NCBI GenBank assembly: GCA_049964795.1
Contig: JBMFWY010000001.1
Coordinates: forward strand, 12,539-76,538
Direction: 5' to 3'
DNA from: Candidatus Micrarchaeia archaeon
Lineage (GTDB): Archaea; Micrarchaeota; Micrarchaeia; Micrarchaeales; Micrarchaeaceae
DNA: 64,000 bases
The first letter of the stretch is position 1, and every line of letters begins with the position of its first letter. The position numbers were made by a program, and so were the translations under genes. Shown piece after piece: positions 28,791 through 39,231 of this stretch. The notes under the pieces were generated by a model. It did no database searches. It was not told the DNA's origin and was given only the letters and a program-made list of their open reading frames with translations.

Positions 28791-30521
28791 TCATGCGCTT
28801 ATGTATATGAACTGCTTTACTTTGCCTTCATCCTTATCGAAAGTTGCGAATCCAAACCTCTCAAGCTGGACTACTTCGCCTTTTTTGAGGCTCTCAGCAA
28901 AAGACTCGATGTATCCATTGCTTTCCTGCAAGCTGTCCTGCAGGAAATTCTCATTATCATCGACCAGATCCTTTGGAATAAGGATCTTGCAATCGAACTT
29001 GCTTTCTTCCGGTACCCATTGTATCTTTTTTATGCTTTTTGCCTCGCCAGCGCCCATCTTTACAACTTCGGCGTGCACTGCTTCTTTTGAGATTGACAGT
29101 ACCCTCAAGTCTGCGAGCTCCTTGAGCCTTACATTAGTACCCATGTCAAGCTCATTTGCGTCCGAACCGCTTATATAAAATGTATTTCCTACTGCATAGC
29201 TCCTTGAGCCGAGATCGTTCGATGGATGAAGCTTCAACGAAACCCCTTTGGGCAGTGCTTCCACATTTTCAACGATCACCTTTACAGGATCTGCGACATA
29301 GAAAAGCCTTTTCGCTGAAGGATCGACTAGTTTCTTATTTTCGGCATAGAGCAGCGAAAGATCTACAACGCTGTTGGTCATGCTCATCCCAAAGCGCATC
29401 ACAAATTTCTTTATTGCTTCTGGCTTTATGCCGCGCCTGCGAAGCGCAGATATAGTTATGAGGCGCGGGTCGTCATAGCCGCTTATCAAACCCTTATTTA
29501 TAAGATCATTGAGCTTGCGTTTTGAGGTGAGGGAGCCTTTTACTTCTAGCCTAGCTTCATGATGCACTCTTGGAATTCTCAAATTGAGTGCTTTGAGTAT
29601 CTCTACGTATATCTCCCCCCTCAGCTCATACTCCTTGCTGCGCATCGCGTCTGTAACGCCGTGCAGGGAGTCCATTACAGGAGTATTGAAATCGTAAGTA
29701 GGCCATACAATATACTTATCCCCTTGTCTGTAGTGCATATGCTTCTTTATACGCATAATTGTAGGATCGCGCATTACCGTATTGTTTGATGACATGTCGC
29801 CTCTGAAGCGCAGTATTGCCTGACCCTCATCGTAATCGCCCTCAAGCATCTCTTGGAACATCATCATATTTTCAGATTCGGGGTTCTTTGAATGGGGGCA
29901 TGAAAGCCCTTTCATTCTGTAGCTCTTTATAGTTTCGGGAGGGCATGTGCAAACATAGGCTTTGCCCATCTTTATCAGCTGCCGCGCATATTCGTAAAGC
30001 TTCTCTATGCTGTCGCTTGCATAGTATTCCTTGTCAAACTTTATACCCAGCCAGTCAAGGTCTCTTTTAATTGCGTCAACAAATTCCTGCGATTCCTTTT
30101 CGGGGTTGGTGTCATCAAAATACAGGAAAAGCTTGCCTTCGTAGATCCTGGCAAATTCCTGCTCCATGAAAACAACTTTTGCATGACCTATGTGCATGTA
30201 TCCGCTCGGTTCAGGGGCGAATCTTGTGGAGAAGTTGCCTTTCACGGCGCCTTTCAGCTCCATCCTTGGAGCAGAGGTGTTTTTTACTTTTTCTGAATAC
30301 TCTTGTTCAAATTCCTCCTTGTATTTGCTGTATTCCTCCTCCTGAGAGGCCTTGCTCATAGCATTGACTTCTTCTACAACCTTTTGGATCTCAAGCTGAA
30401 GGCTTTTTATGTCGGCAGATTTTCCTACTTTTGAAAGCACTTTGCTGAATACGCTGCCGGGATTGGCTTTGCCTCCGTATTCCACTGCATTTTTTATTGC
30501 ATACTTTCTAGCAAGCTTCAT
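28791..30521 (-). CDS. gltX: Glutamate--tRNA ligase, archaeal type
   Basis: TRFAPEPSGYMHIGH, DDTNPEKE, WPTYDF, VQLERFGF; possible CTG start at 30536. Confidence 0.97.
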   Translation of the reverse strand: MKLARKYAIKNAVEYGGKANPGSVFSKVLSKVGKSADIKSLQLEIQKVVEEVNAMSKASQEEEYSKYKEEFEQEYSEKVKNTSAPRMELKGAVKGNFSTRFAPEPSGYMHIGHAKVVFMEQEFARIYEGKLFLYFDDTNPEKESQEFVDAIKRDLDWLGIKFDKEYYASDSIEKLYEYARQLIKMGKAYVCTCPPETIKSYRMKGLSCPHSKNPESENMMMFQEMLEGDYDEGQAILRFRGDMSSNNTVMRDPTIMRIKKHMHYRQGDKYIVWPTYDFNTPVMDSLHGVTDAMRSKEYELRGEIYVEILKALNLRIPRVHHEARLEVKGSLTSKRKLNDLINKGLISGYDDPRLITISALRRRGIKPEAIKKFVMRFGMSMTNSVVDLSLLYAENKKLVDPSAKRLFYVADPVKVIVENVEALPKGVSLKLHPSNDLGSRSYAVGNTFYISGSDANELDMGTNVRLKELADLRVLSISKEAVHAEVVKMGAGEAKSIKKIQWVPEESKFDCKILIPKDLVDDNENFLQDSLQESNGYIESFAESLKKGEVVQLERFGFATFDKDEGKVKQFIYISA

Positions 30522-30576
30522 TATTTCATCGTCCAGACAATCACCATGGCAAAATTGCTGCGCTCAAACAGGCGGT

Positions 30577-31197
30577 TCATGCAGGCGTCACCGTAGGCTG
30601 GCCATATATCATATATGTGTATCCAAGCGAACTCGAATTTTTCGGATATACAAGTGCATTGACTTTCACGGGAAGTGTGCCTCCCACATCTATGAGGTTT
30701 TTAACGGGTAAGTAATAGGATAGGTTGCCTGAAACTACGGAATACTGGTATGCACCATAACTCAAGTACATGTCTTTCGGCAAAGCAATTATCGCTGTCG
30801 CATTTATTGAAGGTTTAAAGCCTAACAGCGACGATATTGAATTGTACAATTCGAATATGCTTGAGGTTCCTGAATAGATAGAAAGGCTTTTGTTAAAGGC
30901 AAAATAGCTTTCTACCGAGCCGTTTGACTCCATCGCTGAAAGGCTTAGATTCAGCTGTGACAATTTTGTGGCGTTTGCACCTGCTACGCCTATGACAAAA
31001 TGATTGCTATAATTTAATACGGTAGCATTCACCACCCCTGAGACAAAAGTGGTTCTTCCGTCGAATATGGTAGTAGAAGCTGTAGACCCCTGCTGTGTAG
31101 AGTTGTTGCCAAATGCCAGATATGAGGTTAGAAACATGAAGGCCACTAGCAAGGAGCCTATAAATAATACTGCTTTTTTTCTTTTTTCTGAGTCCAT
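30577..31197 (-). CDS. Hypothetical membrane-anchored exported protein
   Basis: MDSEKRKK then TM helix then Asn/Ser-rich domain; AGGTG RBS before 31197. Confidence 0.65.
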   Translation of the reverse strand: MDSEKRKKAVLFIGSLLVAFMFLTSYLAFGNNSTQQGSTASTTIFDGRTTFVSGVVNATVLNYSNHFVIGVAGANATKLSQLNLSLSAMESNGSVESYFAFNKSLSIYSGTSSIFELYNSISSLLGFKPSINATAIIALPKDMYLSYGAYQYSVVSGNLSYYLPVKNLIDVGGTLPVKVNALVYPKNSSSLGYTYMIYGQPTVTPA

Positions 31198-31503
31198 TAA
31201 GTGCACCTGCCAGATACATACGTTTTTGCATAGGAATTTATTATGGAAAGTTATTTTATTTATACAGCTGCATCGCAAGGAAGGGGCAAGGCTTTCCCGA
31301 ATTGGCTGCCGCAAACTTCTCTTCCAAAGTATTGCTTTATCCCTATACCATAACTGATTCCAACATAACCATTTATTATTTTATTGCTGCTACAATTATA
31401 AGCTTGTTTTGGGCTTTTGCTTTCAGGCCTGGGCAAATATTATTTGCAATGTAGATAGCAAGCGGAGGCACAGATAGGCAATATAATACGCTAAAGTGGT
31501 AAT

Positions 31504-32211
31504 ATGGTTTTCAAAGACGGAGACTTTCTAGAAATAGAGTACAGCGCATGGAGGGCATTGGACAGCAAGCTCCTTTATACTACAGTAAAGGAGAAAGCGC
31601 AGGAAGCAGGAATTTATGACGAGCATGAGAGTTATGGCAGCGCACTTGTAATACTCGGGCAAAATGCTGTAGTGAAAGGGCTTGAGAGAGAGCTCAAGAA
31701 CATGTCGGTTGGCGAATCAAAAAAATTCGAGCTTAAGCCTGAGGAAGCTTTCGGCAACAGGGATGAAAACCTTGTGAGAGTAATGCCTTTGGCAGAATTT
31801 AAGGAGCAGAATATAAACCCCGTAGCGGGAATGACAATAAACATCGATGGTGTACCATCTACAGTAAAAAGCGTCAACTCGGGCAGAGTTGTGGTTGACC
31901 AAAACCACCCTGAAGCTGGGATGAACATAATATACGAAGTAAAAGTGCTTAAGCTGCTGGAAAACGACAAGGAGAAGATAGACATGCTGGGGAAGACATA
32001 TGGCGCTAGACCTTCCAAGGTAGACATAAAAGAAGGCGAAGTTGAACTTTATTATGATGACAAAGTCAAGAAGAATGCTGACTACTTTGTTGGCAGGGCT
32101 AATCTTGTTGCGTCCATATTCAATTACATTTCTTCAGCAGGCAAAGTCTATATACGAGAAGAGTATGTAAAGCCCAAGGCGGCAGAAATCGAACACGACG
32201 AGGAGAAATAG
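31504..32211 (+). CDS. slyD: FKBP-type peptidyl-prolyl isomerase (SlyD-like, long archaeal form)
   Basis: GDFLEIEY, PEEAFG.RD, GRVVVDQNHPEAG. Confidence 0.9.
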   Translation: MVFKDGDFLEIEYSAWRALDSKLLYTTVKEKAQEAGIYDEHESYGSALVILGQNAVVKGLERELKNMSVGESKKFELKPEEAFGNRDENLVRVMPLAEFKEQNINPVAGMTINIDGVPSTVKSVNSGRVVVDQNHPEAGMNIIYEVKVLKLLENDKEKIDMLGKTYGARPSKVDIKEGEVELYYDDKVKKNADYFVGRANLVASIFNYISSAGKVYIREEYVKPKAAEIEHDEEK

Positions 32212-32335
32212 AAATAATAAAGCAAGTAAAGCAAACCGCGGCCAAAGGCTATGAGTGAGGCATGCCAAAACCTGCATTCCTCAACTTTACTTTTTCTTTT
32301 GGTTTGGCACTTGCCTTTTTTTCCAATTTTTCTTT

Positions 32336-32524
32336 TTACTTTATGTTTAACGCAAAAGTGCCGTTGAGTTTTATTCCTAGCTTCTTTGCGATGTCCGACT
32401 TTTCAACGTTTGACATAAAAACGTAGCCGCTCCACTTTGTTGTAAGGTCGGTAGAGCCGCATATTGGACAGCTGTTGCTCTTGCTTATTATAATTCTGCA
32501 GTTCCTGCATACTTTTTCTTCCAT
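32336..32524 (-). CDS. spt4: Transcription elongation factor Spt4 (RpoE'')
   Basis: CRNC...CPICGS...WSG...SDIAKKLGI. Confidence 0.93.
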   Translation of the reverse strand: MEEKVCRNCRIIISKSNSCPICGSTDLTTKWSGYVFMSNVEKSDIAKKLGIKLNGTFALNIK

Positions 32525-32585
32525 TTTCAATGCACCTTTTAATCAATTGCACGAAAGAGTAAAGGCAAAGGCAGATATGCCAACA

Positions 32586-33182
32586 TTATTTTTGCTGCTT
32601 GGACCTGCCGCTGCCTCCGCGTGGCGTTGTTTTCTTACTTGCTTGCGCGGCTGCGGAAGCCCATTCCGGTTTGCCCAACCCTTCAGGCCTCATCGTAAGC
32701 GCAATCTTTGAATCTTTTATGGTGTTCTTCAGGCTTACTGTGGAAATTTTGGCATATACAAAATCGCCTTTCTTCAATGAGATCCCGCTTTTTCTCGAAA
32801 CAAAGGCAGGCACTTTCCTGTCGAAACTGAGGAACTCGTTTGCTATCTGTGAAACGTGGACCAACCCATCTATAGGCCCTATTTTTACAAAGGCGCCAAA
32901 TTCGGCAAGCTCTGAAACTTCGCCTGCAACTATTTCATCAGGGTATGGCATATAAGCCAAAACATCAAATTCGACTTCATGATGCGTAGCGGGATCGTTA
33001 GGATAGAGGATGCCGTCGCTTATGTTCCTTACATTAAACACTGAGAGTATTATACCCATGTCTTTGTCTATCGTGCTTTCATACCTCTTGGACAGCTCTT
33101 TCAGCGCTACCTCCTCCAGATTTTCGCCGAAACTTTCTGGTGGTACTTTGAATATGTCACTTATACTATAAATTTTGTACAT
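32586..33182 (-). CDS. rpoE1: RNA polymerase subunit E' (Rpo7)
   Basis: VPP..FG, FGAFVKIGPIDGLVHVSQI, IALTMR..GLGKPEW. Confidence 0.96.
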   Translation of the reverse strand: MYKIYSISDIFKVPPESFGENLEEVALKELSKRYESTIDKDMGIILSVFNVRNISDGILYPNDPATHHEVEFDVLAYMPYPDEIVAGEVSELAEFGAFVKIGPIDGLVHVSQIANEFLSFDRKVPAFVSRKSGISLKKGDFVYAKISTVSLKNTIKDSKIALTMRPEGLGKPEWASAAAQASKKTTPRGGSGRSKQQK

Positions 33183-33194
33183 TCTTGACACCTT

Positions 33195-33572
33195 TCATGC
33201 ATTTCTTAAAATTCCGCTTTTGCTTAGCTTAAAGACATTTGCGCCTAAAGATTTAAGCTTTTTTGCAAGTGCGCTGTCATTTGTGACTATTTTGGCGCCT
33301 TTTGACTTGCTTGCAATTCCAAGCAGCCAATCGTCACCGCTTGAATCATTGCTATCTATTTCTAGCCCCAGCGCGCCAATCTCGCGAAGGGAAGACTTCG
33401 CACATGCGCCTTTCTTTCCTTTATTATGAGATATCTTATTCAGTTCCTTTAATATACCTTTCGAAACCTTGGGAATGCACGACGGAAGCTGCGAGGCTAT
33501 GGCTCCGAAGACGCTCGACTTATTTTCGAAGCCAAATATTATGGAGCTTGTGTCTATAAACACGTTACACAT
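33195..33572 (-). CDS. PIN-domain protein (Fcf1/Utp24-like)
   Basis: IDTS, EL, GDD.L, IVTND..L; conserved position upstream of rpoE1. Confidence 0.85.
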   Translation of the reverse strand: MCNVFIDTSSIIFGFENKSSVFGAIASQLPSCIPKVSKGILKELNKISHNKGKKGACAKSSLREIGALGLEIDSNDSSGDDWLLGIASKSKGAKIVTNDSALAKKLKSLGANVFKLSKSGILRNA

Positions 33573-33697
33573 CTCATCGCCTGCAAGTGCGCTTTCAAGG
33601 AATCAAATATAGAATGCAAAATGCAGCACTTTTGGCTTTGGAGTAAGGCAAAATTTAGGCGCTGCAAGCTGAAAGGCTCAAGCGGCTGCCTTAAGGC

Positions 33698-34084
33698 TTA
33701 TGCCCCTTTTTGGCCTTTTGCTTCTTCTGATTTAAGTCTGTGCTCAAGCACCTCCTTTAGCACTATGGCATCGTTATGCTTTTCGTCTCTAGCAGCGTAT
33801 ATAAGAGTCACCAAGCCGCTGCTTTTTGCAAGATCTACAAGCTTTCCCAATGCCCTGCTGTCCTTTAGCTCTGCCTTATATCTTCTTTTGAATTCGCTCC
33901 ATTTGGATGGTTCGTGAGAAAACCATTTTCGCAACTCGGTGCTGGGCGCCACATCTTTAAACCAGAGGTCTATGTTTGCAGAAGTGTGCCTTATTCCTCT
34001 CGGCCAAAGCCTGTCGACAAGTATGCGCATTCCATCAGTAACATCATATTTTTCATAGACGCGCTTGATTTTTATTATTACCAT
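33698..34084 (-). CDS. DUF488 (YeaO-like) protein
   Basis: IKRVYE, RILVDRLWPRG, VAPSTELRKWF.H. Confidence 0.92.
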   Translation of the reverse strand: MVIIKIKRVYEKYDVTDGMRILVDRLWPRGIRHTSANIDLWFKDVAPSTELRKWFSHEPSKWSEFKRRYKAELKDSRALGKLVDLAKSSGLVTLIYAARDEKHNDAIVLKEVLEHRLKSEEAKGQKGA

Positions 34085-34164
34085 CGACCCACAGCGGCCA
34101 CCAATGGCGCTGATAGGAATTTGTTTAAAAACCATTAAATAATTTGCCGATATGGCAAAAAGGG

Positions 34165-35094
34165 TCAGCTTTCGTATGCAGCAGGATTTGCGTCGCCTCC
34201 CCCAGAAGATAGGAACTCAGAAACGAGAGTTTTGGCACGCTCTGGATCTGCTATCTTGCCGTTTAGAGAATGCTCTTTCGCACCACCATTGAAGATGCCT
34301 TCCTTTGAAAGTATAGCACCAAGCTCCTTCATATTTAGGCTGCTTGAACTGCCGCCCAAGCACATTACCTGGCTGTCTCCTATTATGCATATGTTTTCTT
34401 TAGTATTTCTTGATAGGTATTTGCGCACGCTTTCATAAATGTCTGAAATATCGAAGTTCTTGAGATAAAATACCCGCGTTCCGATCTCCAGCTCATGAAA
34501 AAGCAGCGTTTCGATCTCGCTCTTCAGCTTTTCGTTGTTTTCTGAAAGAGCGCTATACCTTTCTTCTATGGATGTTGAATCGAAGTTGTGCCTTACACTT
34601 AAACGAAGCGCAGAAGCGGCGATTTTAGACATGTAATCCAATGCGTCATTGCCTGCAAAAAACCCTATCTTTGTCTTTCCCTCTGGGTGCGATACAGATG
34701 CAAGCGAGAAGGCAATTATCTGCGAAGTGTTGCTGGCGTGCGGATGCTTGCACATGGCAAAATCATAGTCTCCTATCTGCACAAGCCTCAATTTCTCCTT
34801 TCCTTTAAGGCGCTCTTCGTTAAGCCTGAGGGAAGGAAATCTGAGCTTTGCCTCTTCTATGCTTTCGAAAAATTGCTCGCTTACTGTAAGAGCCTGCCTT
34901 ATGACCTTGTTGGCTTCCTCCTCGGCTTTTTGCAATATTTCTATTCCTATGTTTTCAGCGAATATTGCAGAGCCCAGCGCACCGCTTTCGGTGTCTACTT
35001 TTACAACATGCAAATCTATCCCCAAGTTTTGGAGAGCTCTTGCAAATATGTGCTCTGCGGTATGCAATTCCTTCTCTGACATAGACTCAGCCAT
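34165..35094 (-). CDS. AlaX-like trans-editing protein with C-terminal extension
   Basis: HTAEH and CKHPH zinc ligands, LRLVQIGDYD, C-terminal GGA..G DHHA1-like motif. Confidence 0.75.
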   Translation of the reverse strand: MAESMSEKELHTAEHIFARALQNLGIDLHVVKVDTESGALGSAIFAENIGIEILQKAEEEANKVIRQALTVSEQFFESIEEAKLRFPSLRLNEERLKGKEKLRLVQIGDYDFAMCKHPHASNTSQIIAFSLASVSHPEGKTKIGFFAGNDALDYMSKIAASALRLSVRHNFDSTSIEERYSALSENNEKLKSEIETLLFHELEIGTRVFYLKNFDISDIYESVRKYLSRNTKENICIIGDSQVMCLGGSSSSLNMKELGAILSKEGIFNGGAKEHSLNGKIADPERAKTLVSEFLSSGGGDANPAAYES

Positions 35095-35141
35095 CACAAT
35101 AAACATAAGGCATAATAAATTGTGGTAGAAAAAAATAAATT

Positions 35142-35411
35142 ATGGATTACAAGGAATTTGAGAGGCTGCTCAAAGTTTGCAGGATACGCCTCAGCGATAA
35201 AGACAAAGAAGGCATGAAAAAGGAGGTAGATGAAGTACTAAATTACTTTGACAAGATAGAAAGCGTAAAATGCGAAGAAGAGCCCGCCTATCAGCCAATA
35301 GACTTGCCGGAGCAGCTCCGCGATGACATACCGGAGCCTTTCGATGACACTGATGCTATACTTGCAAACACGAAAACATACAGATTCTATGTAATAGGTC
35401 CTAAGATATGA
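35142..35411 (+). CDS. gatC: Asp/Glu-tRNA amidotransferase subunit C
   Basis: 89 aa, LRDD, GPKI terminus; first gene of gatCAB. Confidence 0.88.
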   Translation: MDYKEFERLLKVCRIRLSDKDKEGMKKEVDEVLNYFDKIESVKCEEEPAYQPIDLPEQLRDDIPEPFDDTDAILANTKTYRFYVIGPKI

Positions 35412-36775
35412 GGAAGGAAGAGACAAGCATACAGGAGTTTATAAGCTCGCAGCCTGGAGAGGAGTACTATGCAAAGCTGGTTGAAGAGCTTGTCAAGCTG
35501 AATAAGGAGTTCGGCGCCTTCAATAACATTAACAGCGCGATAAGATCCGGCTACCCCCTTAGCGTAAAAGACAACATATGTGTCAAAGGGCTCGAAACAA
35601 CCGCTTCTTCGAAAGTGCTGAAGGGGTATGTGCCGCCTTTTGACGCTACGGCAGTGGAAAGGCTTGCCGAAAAGGGGTTTGGCGTAATAGGAAAAACGAA
35701 CATGGACGAATTTGGCTTTGGAAGCTTTGGTCTAAACTCCGAAAATCCTGCAAGGAATCCGTTTGACAAGAACAGAGTGGCGGGAGGTTCAAGCAGCGGC
35801 GCTGCCATAGCCGCTTCGATAATAGATAACCATGTTGCACTTGCCGAATCGACAGGAGGCTCTATAGCTGCGCCCGCATCGTTCTGCGGAGTGGTCGGCT
35901 TCACCCCTACTTACGGTGTCGTCTCGAGGTATGGCTTGATAGATTATGGCAACTCGCTAGACAAAATAGGCTTAATGGCAAGAAAAGCCGCTAAGGTGAA
36001 GTACGCCTTTGATATCATAAGGGGAAAGGATAGGTATGATGCAACTTGCATAGATATGCCTGAGGGAAGCGAGAAGAAGAGCGCAAGCAAAAAACTGTTC
36101 GTAATAAGGAATTTGCTTGAAAATGTTGATGAAAAGGTCAAGAAAAGCTTTGAAAGGACACTCTCAACACTTTCAGGCATGGGTTTTGAGATAGAGGAAG
36201 GCGAGCTTAAGGAGCTTGACAGTGCAATAGCAGTTTATTACATAATAGCAATGTCTGAAGCTTCAACAAACCTTGCAAAATACACGGGCTTTAAATACGG
36301 CAACAAAATCGATGATTTCTCGAAAGAGTACAATGAATTTTTTACAGAAGCAAGAGAGGCATTTGGCAAGGAAGCTAAAAGAAGGATAATATTAGGCACA
36401 TACATAAGAAGCGCAAGCGTAAGGGACAGGTATTATTACAAGGCGCTGCAGATAAGAAGGCTCATAGGAAAAAAGATATTGGAGTTGGCAAAAAGGGGAC
36501 ATATAGTGCTGCCTACTATGCCGATGCTTCCTCCAAAAATTGAAGACGCAGGCAAGATGAGCCCGTTGCAAGCTTATATGGTAGATATACTAACTGTGCC
36601 GGCAAACCTCACGGGATTGCCGCATGTGTCATTTCCAACTGATTACATTGACGGCCTGCCGGTAGGGACGCAGATTATAGGGGCACCTTACGATGATTAC
36701 GCCATATTAGACGCAGTAGACAGATGGGAAGAAGGCTTCAGCTACAAGTTTGCATATAATTTGGGGTCTTTATGA
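35408..36775 (+). CDS. gatA: Asp/Glu-tRNA amidotransferase subunit A
   Basis: Amidase signature KDN, GKTNMDEF, GGSSSG, STGGSI; EAKRRIILG. Confidence 0.95.
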   Translation: MRKEETSIQEFISSQPGEEYYAKLVEELVKLNKEFGAFNNINSAIRSGYPLSVKDNICVKGLETTASSKVLKGYVPPFDATAVERLAEKGFGVIGKTNMDEFGFGSFGLNSENPARNPFDKNRVAGGSSSGAAIAASIIDNHVALAESTGGSIAAPASFCGVVGFTPTYGVVSRYGLIDYGNSLDKIGLMARKAAKVKYAFDIIRGKDRYDATCIDMPEGSEKKSASKKLFVIRNLLENVDEKVKKSFERTLSTLSGMGFEIEEGELKELDSAIAVYYIIAMSEASTNLAKYTGFKYGNKIDDFSKEYNEFFTEAREAFGKEAKRRIILGTYIRSASVRDRYYYKALQIRRLIGKKILELAKRGHIVLPTMPMLPPKIEDAGKMSPLQAYMVDILTVPANLTGLPHVSFPTDYIDGLPVGTQIIGAPYDDYAILDAVDRWEEGFSYKFAYNLGSL

Positions 36776-38052
36776 AAATAGGGCTTGAGGTGCACGTGGC
36801 ATTGCCTACTAAGACAAAGCTTTTCTGCAGTTGCAGGACTTATGTGGAAGAGCCCAACACCTCTATCTGCCCCGTATGCATGGGCATGCCAGGCTCAAAG
36901 CCCAAACTGAACAAAGAAGCGCTAAGGATAGGGCTAAGCGTTTCTGATGCACTGCATTGCAAAATAAAAAGCAGGATAGGTTTCGTAAGGAAGGTATACT
37001 TTTATCCAGACTTGCCTAAAAGCTACCAGATATCGCAGCTATATGATCCGGTAGGTTACGAAGGCTATCTAGATATAGGAAGCAAGAAGATACGCATAAG
37101 GCGTGTGCAGCTTGAAGAGGACCCCGCAAGGATTTATAGGGAGGACGATTATACGCTGCTTGACTTCAACAGATCTGGCACCCCTCTTCTTGAGATAGTG
37201 ACAGAGCCAGACATACAAAGCGAAGAAGAGCTTAGGGAATTTTATGCGGAGCTTAGGAGCGTACTTTACTACCTTGGTATAGATATAGACCAGGAAATGA
37301 AAGCTGATCTTAACATATCACTCTCCAACTCGCGTGTTGAGATAAAAAATGTAACAGGAATAAAAAACCTTGTTGACGCGGCAAGATATGAGATCAAAAG
37401 GCAAAGTGAACTTCTTGAAAATGGAGAAGAACCGCAGATAGAAACAAGGAGCTACATCCCAGAACGCATGGTAACAGAACGCACAAGGGAAAAAGAGACT
37501 GACGAGGAATACGGATACATATTCGAACCAGACCTTACTTTCTATTCTACAGACTTTGAAAGAGCCAAGCCTATATATGCAAGCGCGATAGCAAAGGATT
37601 ATGCTGAAAAATATGGGGCGAGTGAGAAAACCCTTTTAGAGCTAATAGCTTATGACAAGAATGCACTTGAACTTTTGCAATTTAGTGCTGGAAAGCACAG
37701 CATGCAATCGATAATTTCGGCGCTTGAATCGTTGAAAAAATTCAAAATGCAGATGGATCCTGAAAAATTCGAGAAAGTCATAGCCTTGATCGAGGCGAAT
37801 GTGGCTATCAACTCAGCTAACATTGGAGCAATAGCCAAAGGAGAAGAGGTAAAAATAAATAAGGCAATAAGCGAAGAGGAAATAGAAAAACGCATAGATG
37901 AGTATATCAGCTCAAATCCTGGCATTGCAGAAGAAGCCCTAAAAAATCCAAAAAGCATAAACGCAATTGTAGGTAAGGTTGTGAAAGAAACAGGTGCCAA
38001 TGCAAAAATTGTATCTCAAAAAGTAAAAGAACGTTTAGGGTTAAAGACATAG
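36772..38052 (+). CDS. gatB: Asp/Glu-tRNA amidotransferase subunit B
   Basis: IGLEVH, CPVCMGMPG, YFYPDLPK.YQISQ, DFNRSGTPLLEIVTEPD. Confidence 0.96.
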   Translation: MKIGLEVHVALPTKTKLFCSCRTYVEEPNTSICPVCMGMPGSKPKLNKEALRIGLSVSDALHCKIKSRIGFVRKVYFYPDLPKSYQISQLYDPVGYEGYLDIGSKKIRIRRVQLEEDPARIYREDDYTLLDFNRSGTPLLEIVTEPDIQSEEELREFYAELRSVLYYLGIDIDQEMKADLNISLSNSRVEIKNVTGIKNLVDAARYEIKRQSELLENGEEPQIETRSYIPERMVTERTREKETDEEYGYIFEPDLTFYSTDFERAKPIYASAIAKDYAEKYGASEKTLLELIAYDKNALELLQFSAGKHSMQSIISALESLKKFKMQMDPEKFEKVIALIEANVAINSANIGAIAKGEEVKINKAISEEEIEKRIDEYISSNPGIAEEALKNPKSINAIVGKVVKETGANAKIVSQKVKERLGLKT

Positions 38053-38109
38053 AAGCTGGAATTAAGGAATAAAAATAAAAAGAGGTAAAAGAGGCTGCAA
38101 AAAGCTCGT

Positions 38110-39231
38110 TTATGCTATTGATGGTAATTTTTGGAGCACTAGCGTCTGCTTTGTCTCTTTATCTTTCGATCTGCTGCTGTTGTCTAGTTCACCGCTTATG
38201 TTCGTTTCCATAAACTTTCTTATTATGTCAAGGTCTTTTGTCCTTGCGAGTATATACATGAGCTTTGTATTCGCGGCTTCTGTGGTCATGCATCTTCCAT
38301 CTATTACGCCTGCTTCCTTTGCCTTCTTTCCTACTTCGTATTCGTCTAGGTCCACAGCCCCTTTGTTTACTTGTGTTACTAAGACGAGAGGTATCTTCTT
38401 TGAAATTTTAGATATTGCGTCAAACAGGTAATCTGGAATTCCTCCGCTTCCGAAGGCCTCAAGTATTATTCCGTCAAATTTTTCGCTTAAACTTAAAAGA
38501 GCGTCTGGGTTTAGGCCAGGAGTAAGATGTATTGCAAGCACTTTTTCGTCAAAGTTCTTTTCTAAGAGGGTGTTAGTCTCAATAAGCGATTCTTCGTGCG
38601 ACCGCAGCAAGGCTTTCTCCTCTTCTGGCAGTTGACTTGGGTAATTAGTTCCTCCAAGTCTACTATGAACTATACTTATTAAACCCAAGTCCGTATTATT
38701 AGATTTGAGGCCAAAAGCCTTGTCATCTTCCGTGTTGATTTTTGTTGCGTTGTTGCCAGGCAGTATGTCGCCACCAAAAGCTATGAGAACACCGCCTGAT
38801 GTAGGGATTATTCCTGCAGCTACCCTCAGAGCAAGATTAAAATTATCTCTTGCATCACTTCCTTTGTCTTTCGCAGGGTGCATGCTGCCTGTTAAAACTA
38901 TTGGCTTGCCGCTCCTGAATATAAAGCTTAAAGCAGACGCAGAGTAAGCTAGCGTATCTGTACCGTGCAGCACGACTATACCATCATACTTTTGGATGTT
39001 TTCGTTTATTGCTTTTATCATTTTTTCCCAATCTTTAGGATCAACATTGGTACTATCCTTGTTCATAAGCTGAAGCAGCTCTATTTCTATAGACTTGCGG
39101 TTTGCCGAATCTATGAGCAGGTCTGCCAACTGCTGAGCGCCTAGCTTTGGAGAGAGCCCACCGCCCTCGGAAATTTCAGAGGCAATAGTGCCGCCTGTAG
39201 CTATTATTAACACATTGGGCTTATTACCCAT
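38110..39231 (-). CDS. ansA: L-asparaginase type I
   Basis: ATGGTIAS, DSTN, HGTDT, PIVLTGS, YEVG, MTTEA; lacks the GatD N-terminal domain. Confidence 0.9.
   Translation of the reverse strand: MGNKPNVLIIATGGTIASEISEGGGLSPKLGAQQLADLLIDSANRKSIEIELLQLMNKDSTNVDPKDWEKMIKAINENIQKYDGIVVLHGTDTLAYSASALSFIFRSGKPIVLTGSMHPAKDKGSDARDNFNLALRVAAGIIPTSGGVLIAFGGDILPGNNATKINTEDDKAFGLKSNNTDLGLISIVHSRLGGTNYPSQLPEEEKALLRSHEESLIETNTLLEKNFDEKVLAIHLTPGLNPDALLSLSEKFDGIILEAFGSGGIPDYLFDAISKISKKIPLVLVTQVNKGAVDLDEYEVGKKAKEAGVIDGRCMTTEAANTKLMYILARTKDLDIIRKFMETNISGELDNSSRSKDKETKQTLVLQKLPSIA

Noticed and set aside
26548-28794. ORFs within or antisense to the 16S, including the 27552 N-terminal extension
   Set aside because: They are translations of rRNA; only 27744-28250 inside the intron is credible
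31200-31500. SRP, RNase P or 5S RNA in the 300-nt intergenic gap
   Set aside because: GGAAGGGGCAAG only loosely resembles SRP helix 8 and supporting helices are absent; more likely a divergent promoter region
36750-36775. GatA C-terminus NLGSL as an encapsulin cargo peptide
   Set aside because: Short match without a linker, overlapping the gatB start, and no encapsulin in the window
38110-39231. GatD
   Set aside because: Lacks the GatD N-terminal domain and no gatE is adjacent; called type I asparaginase
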